DNA of 64,000 nucleotides, from the NCBI GenBank assembly GCA_965197425.1, contig CBDANC010000014.1, positions 192,001 to 256,000 of the forward strand, written 5' to 3'. The position numbers and the translations under genes were made by a program. This DNA comes from Bdellovibrionales bacterium. Its GTDB lineage: Bacteria > Bdellovibrionota > Bdellovibrionia > Bdellovibrionales > JAUICD01. Positions 1-10,470 of this stretch are shown in pieces. The notes below the pieces were generated by a model. It was not told where the DNA came from and searched no databases. It saw only the letters and a program-made list of their open reading frames with translations. The number at the start of each line of letters is the position of its first letter. Positions within the stretch are counted from its first letter, which is position 1.

Positions 1-444
1 ACTTCTAGGACATTTTTGGTTGGTGATGTTGAGCCGGAGACTAGGAGATTAGTTGATGCAGCTCAGACAGCTATGTTTAAGGGTATAGAAGCTATTACTC
101 CTTATGGTACTGTAGAGGATATAGGTTTTGCCGTAAACAGACATGTTACAAGGCAGGGTTTTTATGTGGTAAAGGAGATTGGTGGTCATGGTATTGGTAA
201 AAACTTTCACGAGGAGCCTTTTGTGCCTTCATTTGGTAAGAAGAATAAGGGTAGTAAGCTAATGCCATTTCATTGTATTACTGTGGAGCCCATGATTAAC
301 ATGACTGATGCAAAGATATCTGAATTTCCAATTCCTGGTTCAGATCATAAGATATACAAGACTTCTGATGATACTCCATCTGCTCAGTTCGAACATACAG
401 TAATGGTCACTGACACTGGTTATGAAATTTTAACTATTTTATAG
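1..444 (+). CDS. map: Methionine aminopeptidase type I (5' truncated by window edge)
   Basis: Frame is open from base 1 (TSRTF). Contains GHGIG..FHEEP, TVEPMIN and SAQFEHT motifs. Confidence 0.95.
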   Translation, partial: TSRTFLVGDVEPETRRLVDAAQTAMFKGIEAITPYGTVEDIGFAVNRHVTRQGFYVVKEIGGHGIGKNFHEEPFVPSFGKKNKGSKLMPFHCITVEPMINMTDAKISEFPIPGSDHKIYKTSDDTPSAQFEHTVMVTDTGYEILTIL

Positions 445-482
445 AAAGGTTTATTGAATAGATTTTTTTACGAGGATTAAAT

Positions 483-1835
483 ATGTCGAATGTACAAGTT
501 TTGAATTTAGAAAAGTTGGATTTTAGGATTTCTCAAAATGCAATGGCTAATAGAGAAGAGTTCGAGAGATTGAGTAGTTGGGGTAGAAAGGAAATTACCA
601 TAGCTGAAACTGAGATGCCAGGTCTTATGACTATAAGACAGCAGTATGCTCCAAAGCAAATTTTAAAAGGTGCTAGGATCACTGGTTGTCTTCATATGAC
701 GGTTCAAACTGCTGTTTTGATAGAGACTCTTACTTTGCTTGGTGCCAAGGTTAGGTGGTCTTCTTGCAATATATATTCTACTCAAGATCATGCTGCCGCA
801 ACCATGGTTAAAGCTGGTGTGCCTGTGTTTGCTTGGAAGGGTGAGACGGAAGAGGAGTATAATTGGTGTATAGAGCGTACAATTGAGGGCTGGGGTGATG
901 ATGGTTTTGATTTAATTTTGGATGATGGTGGAGATCTTACCTCGCTTATGCATCAAAAAAAGTATGAGCATATCTTGAAAAATGTAATTGGCGTATCGGA
1001 AGAGACTACTACAGGAGTGCATAATCTAGAGAAGATGTTAAATGAGGGCAGGCTAAAGGTACCTGCTATAAATGTAAATGATTCTGTTACGAAGTCTAAA
1101 TTTGATAATTTATACGGTTGTAGGGAGTCTTTAGCTGATGGAATTAAGAGAGCTACAGATGTCATGATTGCTGGGAAGATTGTGGCGGTGGCCGGTTATG
1201 GGGATGTAGGAAAGGGTTGTTGTCATAGCATGAGAGGTTTTGGTGCCAGGGTGTTAGTGACTGAAATAGACCCTATATGTGCCTTGCAGGCTTCGATGGA
1301 TGGTTATCAGGTTATAACTATGGAAGAAGCTTCTTCTGAAGCAGATATTTTTGTAACGGCTACTGGTTGCTGTAATATTATTACAAAAGAGCATTTTGAG
1401 AAAATGAAACACAATGCAATTGTATGCAACATTGGTCACTTTGACACAGAAATTGACATGGATTGGTTGGAAAGTAATTCGGAGATTGATTCTATTAAGC
1501 CTCAGGTTGACCATCACACTTTATCAAATGGTAACAAGATAATTGTATTGGCTAAGGGTAGACTTGTTAATCTTGGATGTGCAACTGGACATTCTTCCTT
1601 TGTGATGAGTAATTCATTCACTAATCAGGTTTTAGCTCAGATAGAATTATTTCAAAATAGAGATAAGTATAAGAAAGTGGGTGTATATATGTTGCCGAAG
1701 TCATTGGATGAAATGGTAGCTAAGATGCATTTGGAAAAATTGGGTGTGAAACTTACTAGACTTACAAAAGAACAATCTGATTATTTGGGCATAGATCAGG
1801 ATGGCCCTTTTAAGCCTGAACATTATAGATACTAA
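483..1835 (+). CDS. ahcY: S-adenosylhomocysteine hydrolase
   Basis: [43 protein letters not shown] and C-terminal [10 protein letters not shown]. Confidence 0.98.
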   Translation: MSNVQVLNLEKLDFRISQNAMANREEFERLSSWGRKEITIAETEMPGLMTIRQQYAPKQILKGARITGCLHMTVQTAVLIETLTLLGAKVRWSSCNIYSTQDHAAATMVKAGVPVFAWKGETEEEYNWCIERTIEGWGDDGFDLILDDGGDLTSLMHQKKYEHILKNVIGVSEETTTGVHNLEKMLNEGRLKVPAINVNDSVTKSKFDNLYGCRESLADGIKRATDVMIAGKIVAVAGYGDVGKGCCHSMRGFGARVLVTEIDPICALQASMDGYQVITMEEASSEADIFVTATGCCNIITKEHFEKMKHNAIVCNIGHFDTEIDMDWLESNSEIDSIKPQVDHHTLSNGNKIIVLAKGRLVNLGCATGHSSFVMSNSFTNQVLAQIELFQNRDKYKKVGVYMLPKSLDEMVAKMHLEKLGVKLTRLTKEQSDYLGIDQDGPFKPEHYRY

Positions 1836-1872
1836 GAAAAGGTATTGACGCATATATCGATGTTGGGACTAT

Positions 1873-1953
1873 TTTGTCAGATTCAATCAGTGTTGAGGGA
1901 GATGGCATCGTGATAGAAAGCTGGGCAACCATTCGGCCAAAAGATGTTTTGGC
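1873..1953 (+). repeat. Dispersed intergenic repeat family module (TCAATCAGTGTTG...GCATCGTG...AGCTGGGCAACCATTCGG)
   Basis: Aligns by eye with the reverse complement of ~13033-13090 and with modules at 2061-2132, 2451-2530 and 3847-3932. Confidence 0.7.
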
Positions 1954-2060
1954 TTTACTTGTGCTTTGCACTAATGCTAGTGCATAACCCATGAGTAAGA
2001 CGCAGAGAACATGATATTATTTCTACCTCTGATTTATAGACAAAACAAAGAGTTTGCGGG

Positions 2061-2132
2061 GACCTTCCGGAACGTAATTCGTCCGACAAAAAGCAAGCAA
2101 GCTCACTTTGTTGTCGGACTCAATCAGTGTTG
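2061..2132 (+). repeat. Dispersed repeat family module with hairpin
   Basis: GGAACGTA, then hairpin GTCCGACAA...TTGTCGGAC (2081-2119, bulged G in the 3' arm), then TCAATCAGTGTTG. Abuts tRNA-Ser. Confidence 0.75.
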
Positions 2133-2134
2133 TT

Positions 2135-2224
2135 GGAGAGATGGGAGAGTGGTTTAATCCGCACGCTTGGAAAGCGTGTGTACCCTAAAAGGTACCGTGA
2201 GTTCGAATCTCACTCTCTCCGCCA
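2135..2224 (+). tRNA. tRNA-Ser(GGA)
   Basis: GGAGAGA acceptor stem, CACGC-TTGGAAA-GCGTG anticodon arm, long variable arm, GTTCGAATC, encoded CCA. Confidence 0.97.
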
Positions 2225-2450
2225 TTCATTAAACTTTAACTTACAATACACTCTATTGTGATAAGTTAAGCCTAAAATGGAATACACAACGAAGATATAG
2301 CCAACTAAAATTGTAAAGCATTACAACAAAACCTAATGCTAACATCACTAATTACAAAGTCTTAGAGAGTACAACTACTATACTTTTTTAAAGAAATTTT
2401 GATAAGAAAAACAATTCTATTATTTTAGAATTTGTATAAAGTTGAAGTTT

Positions 2451-2530
2451 TAAAGTGACTGTGCCAGAACGTAAGGTCTACGACAAAAACCAAGCAAGCT
2501 TGGTTTGTTTTCGGGTTCAGTCAGTGTTGA
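2451..2530 (+). repeat. Dispersed repeat family module with hairpin
   Basis: AAGTGACTGTGCCAGAACGTA, then hairpin AAACCAAGC-AA-GCTTGGTTT-G-TT, then TCAGTCAGTGTTGA. Same layout as 2061-2132. Confidence 0.75.
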
Positions 2531-2547
2531 TGGAAACATGCCTCGCC

Positions 2548-3282
2548 TTAACAAGAAGGCGTAGCATCTCCAAGTAATTCTTCGCTCAATTTACTGTGTG
2601 GTGGGTTGTTTAACAGATAAACTCTTAATAACGCTGTAGCAAAATTTGAACTATACACCGTATATAGTGGTTCATTGTCTAAGAAGAAAGTTACTTCATT
2701 ATCAGATACCAAAATTGTCATTTTCTGACCTTCTTTAACATCCGATAGGACTGCATCATAAAGAGCATTAATATCAAAATTCTCTTCTACATCAAATAAA
2801 CCTTGTTCTTTCAAACCATCTTTCCATTCGTAAGAATCTTTTATTTGATCTTTACTAAGGTCTCTTGAAAAATATATGTCTATTTGTTTATCAGATTCAG
2901 AGTCTATTATTTCATAAGGGTTACCATATATATCATCTGTGTAAAGAGCTGCTACATATACAGTAGCTGTCATACCCCACTTTTTAGCTTTTCTTTGACC
3001 TACACCACTAAGGCTAAGAAAGCCGTTATTTGTTTCGACTCCATCTGGAATTAACTCGTCACAAACCTCTTCATACCTAATAGTCTCTTCAACTATTGTA
3101 ACTTTTCGAATAGTATTAATAATTCCAACCGTGTTCGTTACCCTCACTACACTGTTTCTATAGTCTTCCACACCATCTGCTAATTTTTCTTGACCATGGG
3201 CAACTTGAAAAGATACAGCGAACAGCAAAGATAAAAATAAATGCCTAATCATTTTACACCCCCGTTTAAACCCTACAAACAC
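2548..3282 (-). CDS. Secreted chalcone isomerase-like family protein
   Basis: Signal peptide. LSLSGVGQR..K....VYVAALY and FATALLRVYL...P...L..ELLG resemble bacterial chalcone-isomerase-fold proteins. Confidence 0.7.
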   Translation of the reverse strand: MFVGFKRGCKMIRHLFLSLLFAVSFQVAHGQEKLADGVEDYRNSVVRVTNTVGIINTIRKVTIVEETIRYEEVCDELIPDGVETNNGFLSLSGVGQRKAKKWGMTATVYVAALYTDDIYGNPYEIIDSESDKQIDIYFSRDLSKDQIKDSYEWKDGLKEQGLFDVEENFDINALYDAVLSDVKEGQKMTILVSDNEVTFFLDNEPLYTVYSSNFATALLRVYLLNNPPHSKLSEELLGDATPSC

Positions 3283-3698
3283 CTATCAAATCATCTATAA
3301 CTGCAAACTTCGTTCCATAACCAAAGAATCAAGATAAAACAAGTAATTCTAGTAAATTAAGCGATCTAATTATGAATTATAAGTATGTACAAAGATTAAA
3401 CGGCTTTTACTACTTCTCTCGAAAACATCAATATAACTTATTCAAATTATTAGTCTTTTAGAAAGCCGTATTTATAGTTTACAACTGATAATAAACTATA
3501 CATGGAAAATTGATGTTTCATGTTTTTTTAATGAGGTTTAGAACAATATCACCACAATTTCCTCTTATTACCACGAGAGAAACGCGGGTACAGCACACCC
3601 AAATTGAGTTGCACCAACTATACCACAAGCATCCTCAAAGTAGGCAGAGTAACTAAAATAATAGAAATTTTCATTAGCAAAAGTAGCATTTATTGTGG

Positions 3699-3775
3699 TG
3701 GTGGCGGGGGAGGGACTTGAACCCCCGACCGACGGATTATGATTCCGCTGCTCTAACCAGCTGAGCTACCCTGCC
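3699..3775 (-). tRNA. tRNA-Met(CAT), elongator-type
   Basis: Reverse complement GGCAGGGTAGCTCAGCTGGTTAGAGCAGCGGAATCATAATCCG...GTTCAAGTCCCTCCCCCGCCACCA. CAT anticodon, paired G1-C72. Confidence 0.93.
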
Positions 3776-3846
3776 AAATATCCATAAACCACTACCATAA
3801 TTTCACGACATAGAAAATAACTTATTTCTGTGGGAGCCTCCGGTGT

Positions 3847-3932
3847 TAAGTAACTGTGCAGGAACGTAGGGCAACCACTCGGAAAAAAAAGTAGGCGGAG
3901 CCTCCTTATTTTTTACCTCGTTGGAAGACCTT
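3847..3932 (+). repeat. Dispersed repeat family module with hairpin
   Basis: TAAGTAACTGTGCAGGAACGTA-GGGCAACCACTCGG-A8-GTAGGC-GGA-GCCTCCTTATTTTTT-ACCTCGTTGGAAGACCTT. Near-identical core at 38086-38146 and, inverted, at 12922-12964. Confidence 0.8.
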
Positions 3933-3950
3933 TATGATAGAATATTACCC

Positions 3951-4454
3951 ATGAGATCATTTGTATTATTTGTATTATTTGTACTAATACAAGCTACATC
4001 TGTTTCTGGTTATTCAGCCCAGAAGATTTTTACGGAAAAACTCGACGATCTATGGCCACTAATAGAAGTTGTTATGTCTAATTATCAAGTTAAGTTAAAT
4101 GATATGGACAAAAGAGTTTTTGAAACTGCTTTTGCCTCCGGAAAAGCAATGTGGAAAGAACCCCAAAGCGAAAAATCATATGTAGGATACAACACAAAAA
4201 TTATTGTTAGACTACTCAAGAGCAAAAAAAGAGAAGCTTACAAAATGATAGTAAAAAAAATTATAAGACATAGACCTAATTTTTTTGATGGCTATAAATA
4301 TCTCGAATCAGATGGAATAGAAGAAAAAGTTATTCTATACAGGATGAATAGAGAACTTAAAATTAAAAAGAAACAAGACAAAGCCAACGAGGAACAAAAC
4401 AAAGCGTCCAACGATGATACATCAGAAGACTCTGGGTTTGGCTCAGACATCTAG
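3951..4454 (+). CDS. Hypothetical secreted protein
   Basis: ATG at 3951 gives a signal peptide (MRSFVLFVLFVLIQA). The TTG at 3921 in the ORF track lies inside a repeat. Confidence 0.7.
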   Translation: MRSFVLFVLFVLIQATSVSGYSAQKIFTEKLDDLWPLIEVVMSNYQVKLNDMDKRVFETAFASGKAMWKEPQSEKSYVGYNTKIIVRLLKSKKREAYKMIVKKIIRHRPNFFDGYKYLESDGIEEKVILYRMNRELKIKKKQDKANEEQNKASNDDTSEDSGFGSDI

Positions 4455-4839
4455 ACGTAAAATTGGTATTCTACCTGGGCAAAATTTTTAAACGTTGGTA
4501 AAAAATAATAAAATTTACATTAGTATATTGAAATTACCTACCAATTTGATAAAAAAGAATACAGTTATGCTGGTAGTGGATATATATCACCACCAGATAG
4601 AAAGTTGCCAAAGTACAAATATTGCTGAAATATAAAAGTAGTCATATATAAAAATCTCAACGGTTTGTTTGCATTCATTTGTCAGAAAAATTACTCTCTA
4701 GATCTGATATTGAAATTAACACAAGAGTCTGTAGATGAGTGGTTAGAAAGCATGCAAACACAGTTAGAAGTTATAAAGAGTGTTGATTAGTTGGATAGCC
4801 TAAATTTGAGTATATAAGAACTTAAAGGTTTGGTGTTTG

Positions 4840-5457
4840 TTATTTACATTTTTTGCATTCTTCTGGGTTAAATTTAGAACATTTCATACAGTTTAATTGG
4901 ACGAATGTATCTGTTGCAAAACTATAGCGTCCATTGCCCCAAAATTCTATTTTATCTTTCAAACTATAAATTCTGGCCGTACCCCAAACAGCAGTACCAG
5001 GGTTGAAAGGAAAGACCGCAAACTCCAAATGCCCATCGTTATCCAAATCTGCCAAAAATTTTTGCTTTCTAACACGAACAAATGGTACTTCAACCCAATG
5101 TACTACATCACTACTTCTGCGCAAACTAATTCTCTCAACTGCTCTGTTATTTTTATACCTGATAAGTTCTTGATAGCCATATTCATATGGATCTTGTGCA
5201 TTTCTATTGGCAACCTTGAAATGTATTCTTAAACGCTCATTTGCACTGACTCTAATAACATCTCTTGTACAAGGCAAGTCCCCTGCTGCATAGTATGTGG
5301 TTTCGTCTTCAGGGGTACACTTTACAGATACTGTGTCACTTCTGCTACTAACATTTCTTTCTTGAGCATAGGAGTATGTGGAATGAACAAAACTCAAAAT
5401 AATGACTAAATAAAGCATATTTAATTTTATTATACACTTTCTAAACTTTGTAAACAT
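4840..5457 (-). CDS. Secreted hypothetical protein with DxDxDG (VCBS/FG-GAP-like) motif
   Basis: GGAGGGAG RBS precedes the ATG at 5457. Signal peptide ends SYA. Contains DLDNDGHLE and a Cys-rich C-terminus. Confidence 0.75.
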   Translation of the reverse strand: MFTKFRKCIIKLNMLYLVIILSFVHSTYSYAQERNVSSRSDTVSVKCTPEDETTYYAAGDLPCTRDVIRVSANERLRIHFKVANRNAQDPYEYGYQELIRYKNNRAVERISLRRSSDVVHWVEVPFVRVRKQKFLADLDNDGHLEFAVFPFNPGTAVWGTARIYSLKDKIEFWGNGRYSFATDTFVQLNCMKCSKFNPEECKKCK

Positions 5458-5507
5458 ACTCCCTCCTATAATACAATAAGTTTTGCTTGTTTGGTATATA
5501 AAATCAT

Positions 5508-6578
5508 CTACTGATCTCCAGCTGTACCAAGACTTTCCTGGTACTTGCCATAAATGCCATTTGCGTAGTGCTCTCCACCTCCCACAGCAGGATCCCAACC
5601 ATAATATGAAATAATACCCCCACGAATTTGTTTATCTCTATGGGTCTCACCTACACACCATTCCTCTTGTTTTGATCCTGTTCTGTAGTCTTCTGGCGCA
5701 AACCTGCATGGAGATATGTCGTTTATCTTATATAAGAGCCATCTTATCCCCGCTGCAATATTTGCATTAGGACTTTTAGCATCACATTCCTCCAAATTAC
5801 ACTGTGGATCTATATCAATTTTAACCTCTCTGACTTCTTGCCATCCATCATTGTTAAGCTCACCAGCTAGGTATTTCCTTGTTAAATCCGTAAGTTGCAT
5901 CAGTCCCGTAGCTTTAGTTTTAGGGTGCTCTCTTGCTTTGGGATTAAAACTGGATTCTTGAGCGATAAGAGCCTTGATCAGTAATGGATCAACACCTTCC
6001 GCATTGAATCCTTGATCTTGAAAGTAAGCAAGCCAAAACTGAATCATTTCATCGTATTGGTTCCCATCCTGAGAATAACCCTTTATTCTATTAAGCTTCT
6101 TATATGGAGCATATTTATCCCTATTATTTTGGTATATGTGGTCTAAATTCGATTTATACAATGTGTCTCCAGTTGATTCAGGATTTTTACAGCATTTTTG
6201 TTCATTAAAGTTGGCTTCATGTGATTGAACTGTGTACTCTACTCTTATCTTAGTTGTACGAATGTTATTCTCGTCTGAAACCTCTTCCCTAAGTACACGA
6301 CCATGGTTTTGATCTACTACTTCGCGTATACCATTTACTTCTCTAATATGCTCTGCCCTTATTCTATTTAGGTTGGGAGGACCTGGAAATGGCATGGAGT
6401 GGTCTTCCTTAACTTCATATACTCGAATAACTTTTTTTCCATAATTAAGTCTCTCTTCTAATATACGATCATGCTCTGCTTGATTGTGGGTACCCGGAGC
6501 ACAAACCATACCCAACTCTGCCATTGTCTGGGCCACAAAGCCCAATAACTTTCCTGTCTGTGTGGGAGTACAAAACAT
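5508..6578 (-). CDS. Lytic transglycosylase (SLT domain) protein
   Basis: LIKALIAQESSFNP (catalytic Glu), ATGLMQL, NIAAGIRWL and SYYG motifs. Start codon uncertain. Confidence 0.85.
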   Translation of the reverse strand: MFCTPTQTGKLLGFVAQTMAELGMVCAPGTHNQAEHDRILEERLNYGKKVIRVYEVKEDHSMPFPGPPNLNRIRAEHIREVNGIREVVDQNHGRVLREEVSDENNIRTTKIRVEYTVQSHEANFNEQKCCKNPESTGDTLYKSNLDHIYQNNRDKYAPYKKLNRIKGYSQDGNQYDEMIQFWLAYFQDQGFNAEGVDPLLIKALIAQESSFNPKAREHPKTKATGLMQLTDLTRKYLAGELNNDGWQEVREVKIDIDPQCNLEECDAKSPNANIAAGIRWLLYKINDISPCRFAPEDYRTGSKQEEWCVGETHRDKQIRGGIISYYGWDPAVGGGEHYANGIYGKYQESLGTAGDQ

Positions 6579-6712
6579 CTTTTAAAAACCACCATGTCGT
6601 TTGGAGTTACACACCAATCGTGCTGTTCGGTTAAAAAAACACATTTCTTAAGAGGGGAAATCTTCATTTTGACACAACATTATGCAAACAAAATTTTATT
6701 ATCTTTTAAAAG

Positions 6713-6788
6713 TGGTGGAGGCTACAGGGATCGAACCTGCGACCTTCTGAATGCAAATCAGATGCTCTACCAACTGAGCTAAGCCCCC
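6713..6788 (-). tRNA. tRNA-Ala(TGC)
   Basis: Reverse complement GGGGGCTTAGCTCAGTTGGTAGAGC...TTTGCAT...GTTCGATCC...CTCCACCA. Has the G3-U70 alanine identity pair. Confidence 0.97.
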
Positions 6789-6923
6789 AGAGAAAATAAT
6801 TAAATAACAAATTTATTCGAAAACTTACAACACAAAATTATACTGTAACAAATCTAATATAAACAAGCCTACTTATAAAACAAAATTGTAGGACAAGACA
6901 TAAGTTTAAAACACACAACACAG

Positions 6924-7199
6924 TTACTCTCCACGCAATTGCAATTTAATTGATTTTACCCAATTACTTTCAAACTTATTCACCATATCCTTAATGTCCT
7001 CTTTTAAAAACTCTAACTGTTGTAGATAAGCAGCATGTTCAACACTAATAACCAAAACCCCTCTATAATAGCCTACAGGTACAGAATATCTCGACATATC
7101 ACCCACAACATCCTTCCAATTCAGGTAAAGATTCCACCTCTTGTAGGAGTCAGAAAACCCTTTTTCTTCTACCATCATCTTTTCCAGGGTATCAGACAA
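6924..7199 (-). CDS. DUF721 / DciA-like protein
   Basis: W..VVG...S.P...GVL.I.V.HAAYLQQL.F.K..I...VN pattern, ~90 aa. Confidence 0.75.
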   Translation of the reverse strand: MSDTLEKMMVEEKGFSDSYKRWNLYLNWKDVVGDMSRYSVPVGYYRGVLVISVEHAAYLQQLEFLKEDIKDMVNKFESNWVKSIKLQLRGE

Positions 7200-7253
7200 T
7201 GATATTAGTTTTCCTTTTCTTTTTGCCTCTAATTTTCTAATAAAACACCACCA

Positions 7254-8447
7254 CTATCTATTCATTAATGTGTGTGCCTTTAAATAACTAAAGGCAGTTT
7301 TTACTTCATTATCATCCAAAATAGAACTGGCAACGCCAGTGGTACCGGCAACACCAGCGGTGTTGGATTTTTTTAATTTTGTTTTGTCATCCTCTGATTT
7401 TTCTAAAGCTTGTTTTGTTACAACAATGTCAGGTTTTACACCAACCTCATGTATTGGTTTATCACTAGGGGTATGGTATTTTGCAACCGTTATTTTTAGT
7501 GCCCCTCCATCTGCCAAAGGCATCAAGGACTGAACAGACGCCTTACCAAAACTCCTTCTACCCATAATCAAAGCTCTTTTATTATCTCTCAATGCAGATG
7601 CCAATATTTCGCTTGCACTAGCAGAGTGTTCATCTATTAAAACAATGATAGGAAAGTTGCCTTCAAAAGCTCTATCACTTTTTGCATTCATAACTTCTGC
7701 TGTACCATTTCTGTCCTTAGTAGTAACAATTATTCCACCAGATAAAAACATATCTGCTATTTCGACCGCCTGCTCTAGTAAACCACCAGGGTTGTTTCTT
7801 AAATCTATAATAACCCCTTTTAATTGCTCCTTTTCTTTGTGTTTTTTCATCTGAGAAATTAGTTCGTTGGATGTGTCTTTGCTAAAGGTAGAAATTCTAT
7901 AGTAAGAAAACCCTTCTCCTAAATTATGATACTTAACAGATTTTGATTTTATGATTTTTCTTTTAAGCGTAACCTCTCTTGTACCATTTTCATTTTCTAT
8001 TGTTATTTTAATTTTACTACCAAGTTTTCCTTTTACTAGCATAGAAATCTCTGACAAGCTCAGCTTTTTTGCAGGTGTTTTTTCGATAAAAATAATTTTA
8101 TCACCTGATTTTATTCCCGCTTTCTCGGCAGGCGAATCTTCAATAGCAGAAATGACTGTAGGGTAATCTTCAACTATTGTAAGCTCTATTCCTACTCCAC
8201 CAAATCTACCAGTAGTCTCTGTCACAAATTCAGAATACATCTCTGGTGTAAGATAATCAGTGTAAGGATCGAGTTCCCTTACCATTCCTTTGATCGCACC
8301 ATAAATAATTTTCTTAGAATCAACTGGTTCTACATAATGAGTTTTTAAAATATTAAAGACACTACTGAAGGTCATCAGATCGTCATATTTATTTGCTTTT
8401 GCGCTTATGAATATGCAGAGTACAAATGGTATAATAAATTTGTTCAT
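7254..8447 (-). CDS. S41 family carboxyl-terminal processing protease
   Basis: PDZ region (GVGI, SPAEKAGIKSGD), DLRNNPGG, SASASEI (catalytic Ser), SFGK (catalytic Lys). Confidence 0.95.
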   Translation of the reverse strand: MNKFIIPFVLCIFISAKANKYDDLMTFSSVFNILKTHYVEPVDSKKIIYGAIKGMVRELDPYTDYLTPEMYSEFVTETTGRFGGVGIELTIVEDYPTVISAIEDSPAEKAGIKSGDKIIFIEKTPAKKLSLSEISMLVKGKLGSKIKITIENENGTREVTLKRKIIKSKSVKYHNLGEGFSYYRISTFSKDTSNELISQMKKHKEKEQLKGVIIDLRNNPGGLLEQAVEIADMFLSGGIIVTTKDRNGTAEVMNAKSDRAFEGNFPIIVLIDEHSASASEILASALRDNKRALIMGRRSFGKASVQSLMPLADGGALKITVAKYHTPSDKPIHEVGVKPDIVVTKQALEKSEDDKTKLKKSNTAGVAGTTGVASSILDDNEVKTAFSYLKAHTLMNR

Positions 8448-8698
8448 TTTAAACTACCTGATTTTATGCTAGACAGAGTGTTTTCGTGCTGCGTTTTCAT
8501 GGCAGTTATCAACAAGTCTGGTTTTATTATACTACCACTTGCAATTTCTCTATAGTCCTGTATTATGCTCTTTATAACAGCACCATCCTTGAATACTTTG
8601 GTGGCTATAGAGCATTTGGCACTGCCCCAATCCTCTGTTTGAACATGATAACAATTACCATTATGGACAATTTCAGAATTAAACCCTTTTAACACCAT
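8444..8698 (-). CDS. Small conserved hypothetical protein (YHVQTED motif)
   Basis: GFN....YHVQTED pattern recalled from deltaproteobacterial-type proteins. Overlaps the start of the protease gene by 4 nt. Confidence 0.65.
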   Translation of the reverse strand: MVLKGFNSEIVHNGNCYHVQTEDWGSAKCSIATKVFKDGAVIKSIIQDYREIASGSIIKPDLLITAMKTQHENTLSSIKSGSLK

Positions 8699-8745
8699 TA
8701 CAAACTTCTAACAAAACTATTCACTTATTTCAAATTATAGATAAA

Positions 8746-10470
8746 ATGAATCTCAGCATGACAAAGGCACAACACATTCTAATCATAATCACGGCTATGC
8801 AGCTTACAGGGTGTGCCAGAACCATTCTATTTAACTCAGGCCATAAATCCAATTGTATAGGCATAAATCTACCTAAAATATCAAACCCTATACGGATTGA
8901 AGGTAAAGCTGAATATAAAAGAAGAGTAATACCTGAAGACGGTGAGTCAGGTTTGGGGGAAATAGATGATAAAAGTTATCCAATAAAATTTGCAGAAGTG
9001 GAGGTACTTTCTAACAACGAAACCACATACTGCACCAGCACGGATGAGTTTGGTGAATTTGTAGTAGAAATTCCAAATGCCGGGTCTAATCATACTGTAA
9101 AAGTAAATTCCCTATCCCCAAAATCTGCCAACCAGATTGGAAATGTCTTCGTACAAAATAACCCTCTTGAAGATAACCACTACTCCATATCAAAGAGTAT
9201 ATCCAGAAGTAATTCTGAACCTGTACATCTTATAGCAAGTGCGAATGGAGCAGGTGTTTTAGGAGGTGCATTCAATATATTGGATAAAGTAATTAAAGCA
9301 AACTTATTTTTAAATGTTATGACCACAGATTGCGGAAATGAATGCGACCCTTTTGACTCCTCCCCTCCAGCACACTTATATTGGGAGGCAGGAGTTGATC
9401 CATTAGCAAACTTTCTTTGTAAATACAAAAGATGTAATCCTGCTACAGACAAAGAACTAAGTTTTTTTGATAGAGATAGTTCACAGATTTATATACTGGG
9501 CGGTACAAACGGTGATATCAGATTCTCAGATACAGATCACTTTGATGATGCAGTAATTATCCATGAATATTTTCACTTTGTCTTAACAAACACCATAAAT
9601 TTGTTTTCACCTGGGGGAGAGCATGAGTCTAACACGGTGCTTGATCCTAGGCTTGCTCTTAGCGAAGGCTTAGCAAATGGTTTAGCTATTTTAGTCTTAG
9701 AGAACCCGAGCTATGTTGATACAGTAGGTATTGGAAGCGATGGCGCAATAAAAGTCAGATTTAGTGCTGAAGGTAATGCAACGATTGCGGTAGATGAAGG
9801 AGGAGGAAATTTTATAGAGTCAGCAATAACAAGAGCAATCTGGGACATGCTGGATCCCGTGCTATATAATGATCGCATGATAGGTAGCAATGATAATGAC
9901 AATGTAACTATAGGATTTGCAGAGTTTTGGGGAGTATTAACCGGAGAGTTTGCCTCTGAGGAATATCACTTTAAAGACTATGGTTTATTGATGGGTTTAT
10001 TCAATGAAAGGCCTAATGCAACACCTATTGATGAAATCCTCGATCGTGAGATGCAAAAAAGCAATAGAGAGGACTATGCATCAGAATATAACCCTTGTAT
10101 AATTTATGAATTACAAACTCCACCAAATCACAACAACAATAAAGAGAATACCTATGTGAATACAAATCAATTTTACTCCAATGATTTTTATATATATAAA
10201 CACGAAGGAGGAGCTTTTTCTGCAAACCTAGGTTATAGTGATAGTCAAGAGGCAAATTTGGATATGTATGTGTACAGAGAATTCTATACATTTGGAAAGG
10301 CAGATGATCTAGCAGGATTTAGCAATAGAGAAAATGATGGTGGTGAAGAAATAACACGAATTTCTGATCTGCCGAGTGGTGTGTATATGATAAATATTGT
10401 ATCTATTGATCCAGCACAACGTGCCGAATATCGCTTATCTTTAAATGGTGAACAATGTCTCGATTCTTAA
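8746..10470 (+). CDS. Lipoprotein zinc metallopeptidase (HEXXH) with C-terminal PPC-like domain
   Basis: LTGC lipobox. HEYFH plus a downstream SEG glutamate. C-terminal NLDMYVY...GEE...LPSGVYMINI resembles a pre-peptidase C-terminal domain. Confidence 0.75.
   Translation: MNLSMTKAQHILIIITAMQLTGCARTILFNSGHKSNCIGINLPKISNPIRIEGKAEYKRRVIPEDGESGLGEIDDKSYPIKFAEVEVLSNNETTYCTSTDEFGEFVVEIPNAGSNHTVKVNSLSPKSANQIGNVFVQNNPLEDNHYSISKSISRSNSEPVHLIASANGAGVLGGAFNILDKVIKANLFLNVMTTDCGNECDPFDSSPPAHLYWEAGVDPLANFLCKYKRCNPATDKELSFFDRDSSQIYILGGTNGDIRFSDTDHFDDAVIIHEYFHFVLTNTINLFSPGGEHESNTVLDPRLALSEGLANGLAILVLENPSYVDTVGIGSDGAIKVRFSAEGNATIAVDEGGGNFIESAITRAIWDMLDPVLYNDRMIGSNDNDNVTIGFAEFWGVLTGEFASEEYHFKDYGLLMGLFNERPNATPIDEILDREMQKSNREDYASEYNPCIIYELQTPPNHNNNKENTYVNTNQFYSNDFYIYKHEGGAFSANLGYSDSQEANLDMYVYREFYTFGKADDLAGFSNRENDGGEEITRISDLPSGVYMINIVSIDPAQRAEYRLSLNGEQCLDS

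Noticed and set aside
3868..3906. Resemblance of GGGCAACCACTCGGAAA...GCCTCC to a c-di-GMP-I riboswitch
   Set aside because: The P2 stem does not pair and the tetraloop-receptor stem is absent. The same sequence recurs as a dispersed repeat in non-leader positions.
4560..4790. Possible gene remnant ending ...QESVDEWLESMQTQLEVIKSVD
   Set aside because: Short and interrupted, with no recognisable homology.
5458..5598. Extended 5' starts in the ORF track (5598, 3921, 34729)
   Set aside because: Downstream ATGs (5457, 3951, 34762) give proper signal peptides, two with clear RBSs. The extensions overlap another gene, a repeat or the RBS region.
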